From Gemmatimonadota bacterium (GTDB lineage: Bacteria; Gemmatimonadota; Gemmatimonadetes; Gemmatimonadales; GWC2-71-9): DNA of 61,036 nt. A program made the translations under genes and the position numbers. Location: NCBI GenBank assembly GCA_039587215.1, contig JBDHIW010000005.1, positions 1-61,036 of the forward strand, in the 5' to 3' direction. Within the stretch, counting starts at the first letter, position 1. Every line of letters starts with the position of its first letter. The notes under the pieces were generated by a model, which worked only from the letters and a program-made list of their open reading frames with translations, had not been told where the DNA came from and did no database searches. Positions 60,039 through 61,036 of the stretch are shown one piece after another.

Positions 60039-61036
60039 TCACTCGCCGACCGACGTGGACGGTATGCCGCCCTCGCGCATCTTCGCGATCGTCTTCCAGA
60101 CCAGCAGGTACACGACGGCCGGATAGATGAGGAGGCTCAGGAGGAACTGGGGCGTCATGCCGCCCGAGAGCCCCTGGAAGCCCAGAAGCCACGGCACGGC
60201 GTCGCCACCGATCACGAGGAGGGCCAGGATCACCGCCATGAGCGACTCGCCCGCGATGAATCCCGACGACACCAGGATGCCCATGTTCTCCGCGCGCTGG
60301 CGCTCGTCGTCCGAGGCGTTCGCCTGCTTGATGCGGGTGTCGAACAGCCACTTGATCAGCCCGCCCGCGAAGATCGCGGACGTGGACTCGAAAGGCAGGT
60401 ACATGCCGACCGCGATGAGCATCGGGGCCGGGGCTTTGATGAGAATGAGACCCGCGGCGAGAAACATGCCGACGATCACCAGCGGCCACGCCATCTCGCC
60501 TGCGACGATGCCATTCGCCATGAGCGCCATGAGGCCCGCCTGCGGTGCCGGGAGCTGCGCCGAGCCGATCTCGTACACGCGGTCCAGCGCCATGAGCGGC
60601 AGTGCCAACACGAACGCGGCGAAGATGACGCCGATGATCTCGCCGATCTGCATGCGCCACGGCGTCCCGCCGAGCAGATGGCCGACCTTGAGGTCCTGCA
60701 TCATGTCACCCGCGACCCCCGCCGCGCAGCAGACCACGCCAGCCACGCCCAGAACACCCGCGACCCCCCGGACGTCCGTGACGCCCAGGAATACCATCAG
60801 GACCGCGGCGATCAGCAGGGCACTGAGCGTGAGGCCCGAGATCGGGTTGTTGGAACTGCCGATCAGCGCCACGAGGTAGCCGGCAACGGCGGCGAACAGG
60901 AAGCCGATGACGACCATCACGACCGTCAGGATACCGGCAGCCCCTGCCGAACCGGCGAAGCGCCAGTACAGGAAGAACGTCAGCACCGAGGCGATCGCGA
61001 TCCCGATGAAGACCCGCTTGAAGTCGAGGTCGATGT
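60039..61036 (-). CDS. OPT-family oligopeptide transporter, C-terminal part (5' end outside the window)
   Basis: Track ORF 60039..60986, and the frame stays open to the window end. IGSSNNPISGLTLS, DMMQDLKVGHLLGGTP and LPAPQAGLMA motifs of the OPT family. Confidence 0.85.
   Translation of the reverse strand, partial: IDLDFKRVFIGIAIASVLTFFLYWRFAGSAGAAGILTVVMVVIGFLFAAVAGYLVALIGSSNNPISGLTLSALLIAAVLMVFLGVTDVRGVAGVLGVAGVVCCAAGVAGDMMQDLKVGHLLGGTPWRMQIGEIIGVIFAAFVLALPLMALDRVYEIGSAQLPAPQAGLMALMANGIVAGEMAWPLVIVGMFLAAGLILIKAPAPMLIAVGMYLPFESTSAIFAGGLIKWLFDTRIKQANASDDERQRAENMGILVSSGFIAGESLMAVILALLVIGGDAVPWLLGFQGLSGGMTPQFLLSLLIYPAVVYLLVWKTIAKMREGGIPSTSVGE

Overview
Very GC-rich, densely coding bacterial chromosomal segment. 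Third codon positions are almost always G/C, and nearly every real gene casts a long Arg/Ala-rich antisense shadow ORF. I support about 55 protein genes and found no rRNA, tRNA, CRISPR array, transposase or integrase. All family names come from motifs I read in the translations; no database search was run. Order of content: a zincin metalloprotease (partial); an M20 amidohydrolase; an NAD-type formate dehydrogenase operon (fdhD, NuoE/F-like subunit, alpha subunit, UBP zinc-finger protein), where the alpha subunit is split in the ORF track by an in-frame TGA that I read as selenocysteine, with an fdhF-like SECIS hairpin; small housekeeping and stress genes (DUF2911, methyltransferase, ChlI-like AAA+, YajQ, DinB, flavodoxin-like, TspO, MFS, CoxE-like VWA); a Kgd/OdhA-type fused 2-oxoglutarate dehydrogenase; an amidase; yggT-yggU; a methionine/one-carbon block (metH, a homocysteine-methyltransferase/MTHFR fusion, and a second short MTHFR-like gene) preceded by a pseudoknot-plus-terminator leader; an SDR; a translationally coupled minus-strand module of unknown function (membrane protein, DUF4129, DUF4350, MoxR, DUF58, then a Ser/Thr kinase with TolB-like propeller) facing a divergent RDD-SpoIIM fusion; an ArsR-controlled TolC/MFP/RND/PII-like/DUF2892 operon; deoC with a didomain aldehyde dehydrogenase; four minor pilins; Sco; CtaG; an orphan PqqD-like gene; and a partial OPT transporter. 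The most interesting leads are: (1) a possible second, undescribed selenoprotein, a DUF2892-like small membrane protein divergent from arsR, with an in-frame TGA and a hairpin at the same 11-nt spacing as the fdhA SECIS; (2) the MoxR/DUF58/DUF4350/DUF4129/RDD-SpoIIM/kinase module; (3) a candidate SAM-II-like H-type pseudoknot riboswitch with a terminator upstream of metH.
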